This document shows positions 63,422 through 64,000 of a stretch of DNA of 64,000 nucleotides, piece after piece; positions within the stretch are counted from its first letter, which is position 1, and each line of letters begins with the position of its first letter. Both the position numbers and the translations under genes were made by a program. The DNA is from Squalus acanthias (taxonomy: Eukaryota). The notes under the pieces were generated by a model. It ran no database searches. It saw only the letters and a program-made list of their open reading frames with translations, and was not told where the DNA came from. The stretch covers positions 65,102,001-65,166,000 of the forward strand of contig CM059438.1 in the NCBI GenBank assembly GCA_030390025.1. The letters run 5' to 3'.

Positions 63422-64000
63422 TTTCAAATAAAGCTGTTGGACTATAACCTGGTGTTGTGCGACTTCTCACTTTTTGAATTCAGCAGATGGTAATTTAAAT
63501 TTACACGGTTCTGGTAACTGTTTCGAAGGTGTTTATCAGCCTGCCTTTTTGAAATAAGTACGTGTGTCTGCAGCCTTTGAAGAGGATCAGTCTGTAGCTT
63601 TCAAAGTGAGTTTGTCTAGAATCTCAACAAAAGGGTTGTTATGCCAGATAACTTCTGCAGTGGTTCATTTTCCTTTCCTGATCAACTGTGATGATTAAAC
63701 TAGTCGAGCTCCTGTGATATTGCACATGGGGGTGTCAAGATCAATTTTAAAATGGAATGTTGTGATGCATTCGATGATCTTAATATATGATAGATTTCCA
63801 TAAAAGTCGCGAGCCATTTATTATTTTCCATTGCTACGAGGAGCATGTTAAGATAAACAATGACTGTAAAAATTTCATGGCATTGCTACTATTCACTTGT
63901 TGTATTACTGTTTAGTGTGGTGTTATTCGGCCAATTCCGAAGATGAGGGAGGATCCCTGTAAAGGCCGGGGTAAAAGTTGTACGGGGGCAAAATTGGGTC

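Larger units (their letters stand above)
63182..63470. mobile_element. Non-coding Penelope-like mini-element folded into a 250-bp palindrome
   Basis: Arms 63221-63338 and 63353-63470; TSD TTTTTGAATTCA (63170-63181, 63471-63482); same terminus as the element at 21558. Confidence 0.9.

Noticed and set aside
63984..64000. TAC|GGGGGCAAAATT resembling a Harbinger TIR start
   Set aside because: Cut by the window edge, so no partner TIR can be checked

Overview
Repeat-dense, mostly non-coding vertebrate genomic DNA. The repeat families (SacSINE/DeuSINE-like SINEs, CR1, L2, RTE, Penelope-like elements, PIF/Harbinger transposons) point to a cartilaginous fish, probably a shark; this is an inference. 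No host protein-coding gene can be supported with confidence. Main contents: (1) several decayed PIF/Harbinger transposons carrying a DDE transposase and a convergent, intron-containing Myb/SANT gene, plus deletion derivatives and MITEs; (2) a near full-length CsRN1-like Ty3/Gypsy retrotransposon (39520-43846) with 242-bp LTRs, a tRNA-Trp PBS and a CTTC TSD, nested in an RTE LINE, plus a related solo LTR; (3) two Penelope-like families with minimal hammerhead ribozymes, including a 1.17-kb and a 250-bp fold-back palindrome that share a target-site motif; (4) a 7.5-kb block bracketed by a 136-bp direct duplication; (5) a 32/33-bp minisatellite interrupted by a solo LTR; (6) many LINE and SINE fragments. 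Boundaries of old repeats are approximate, and family names come from motif recognition, not database searches.
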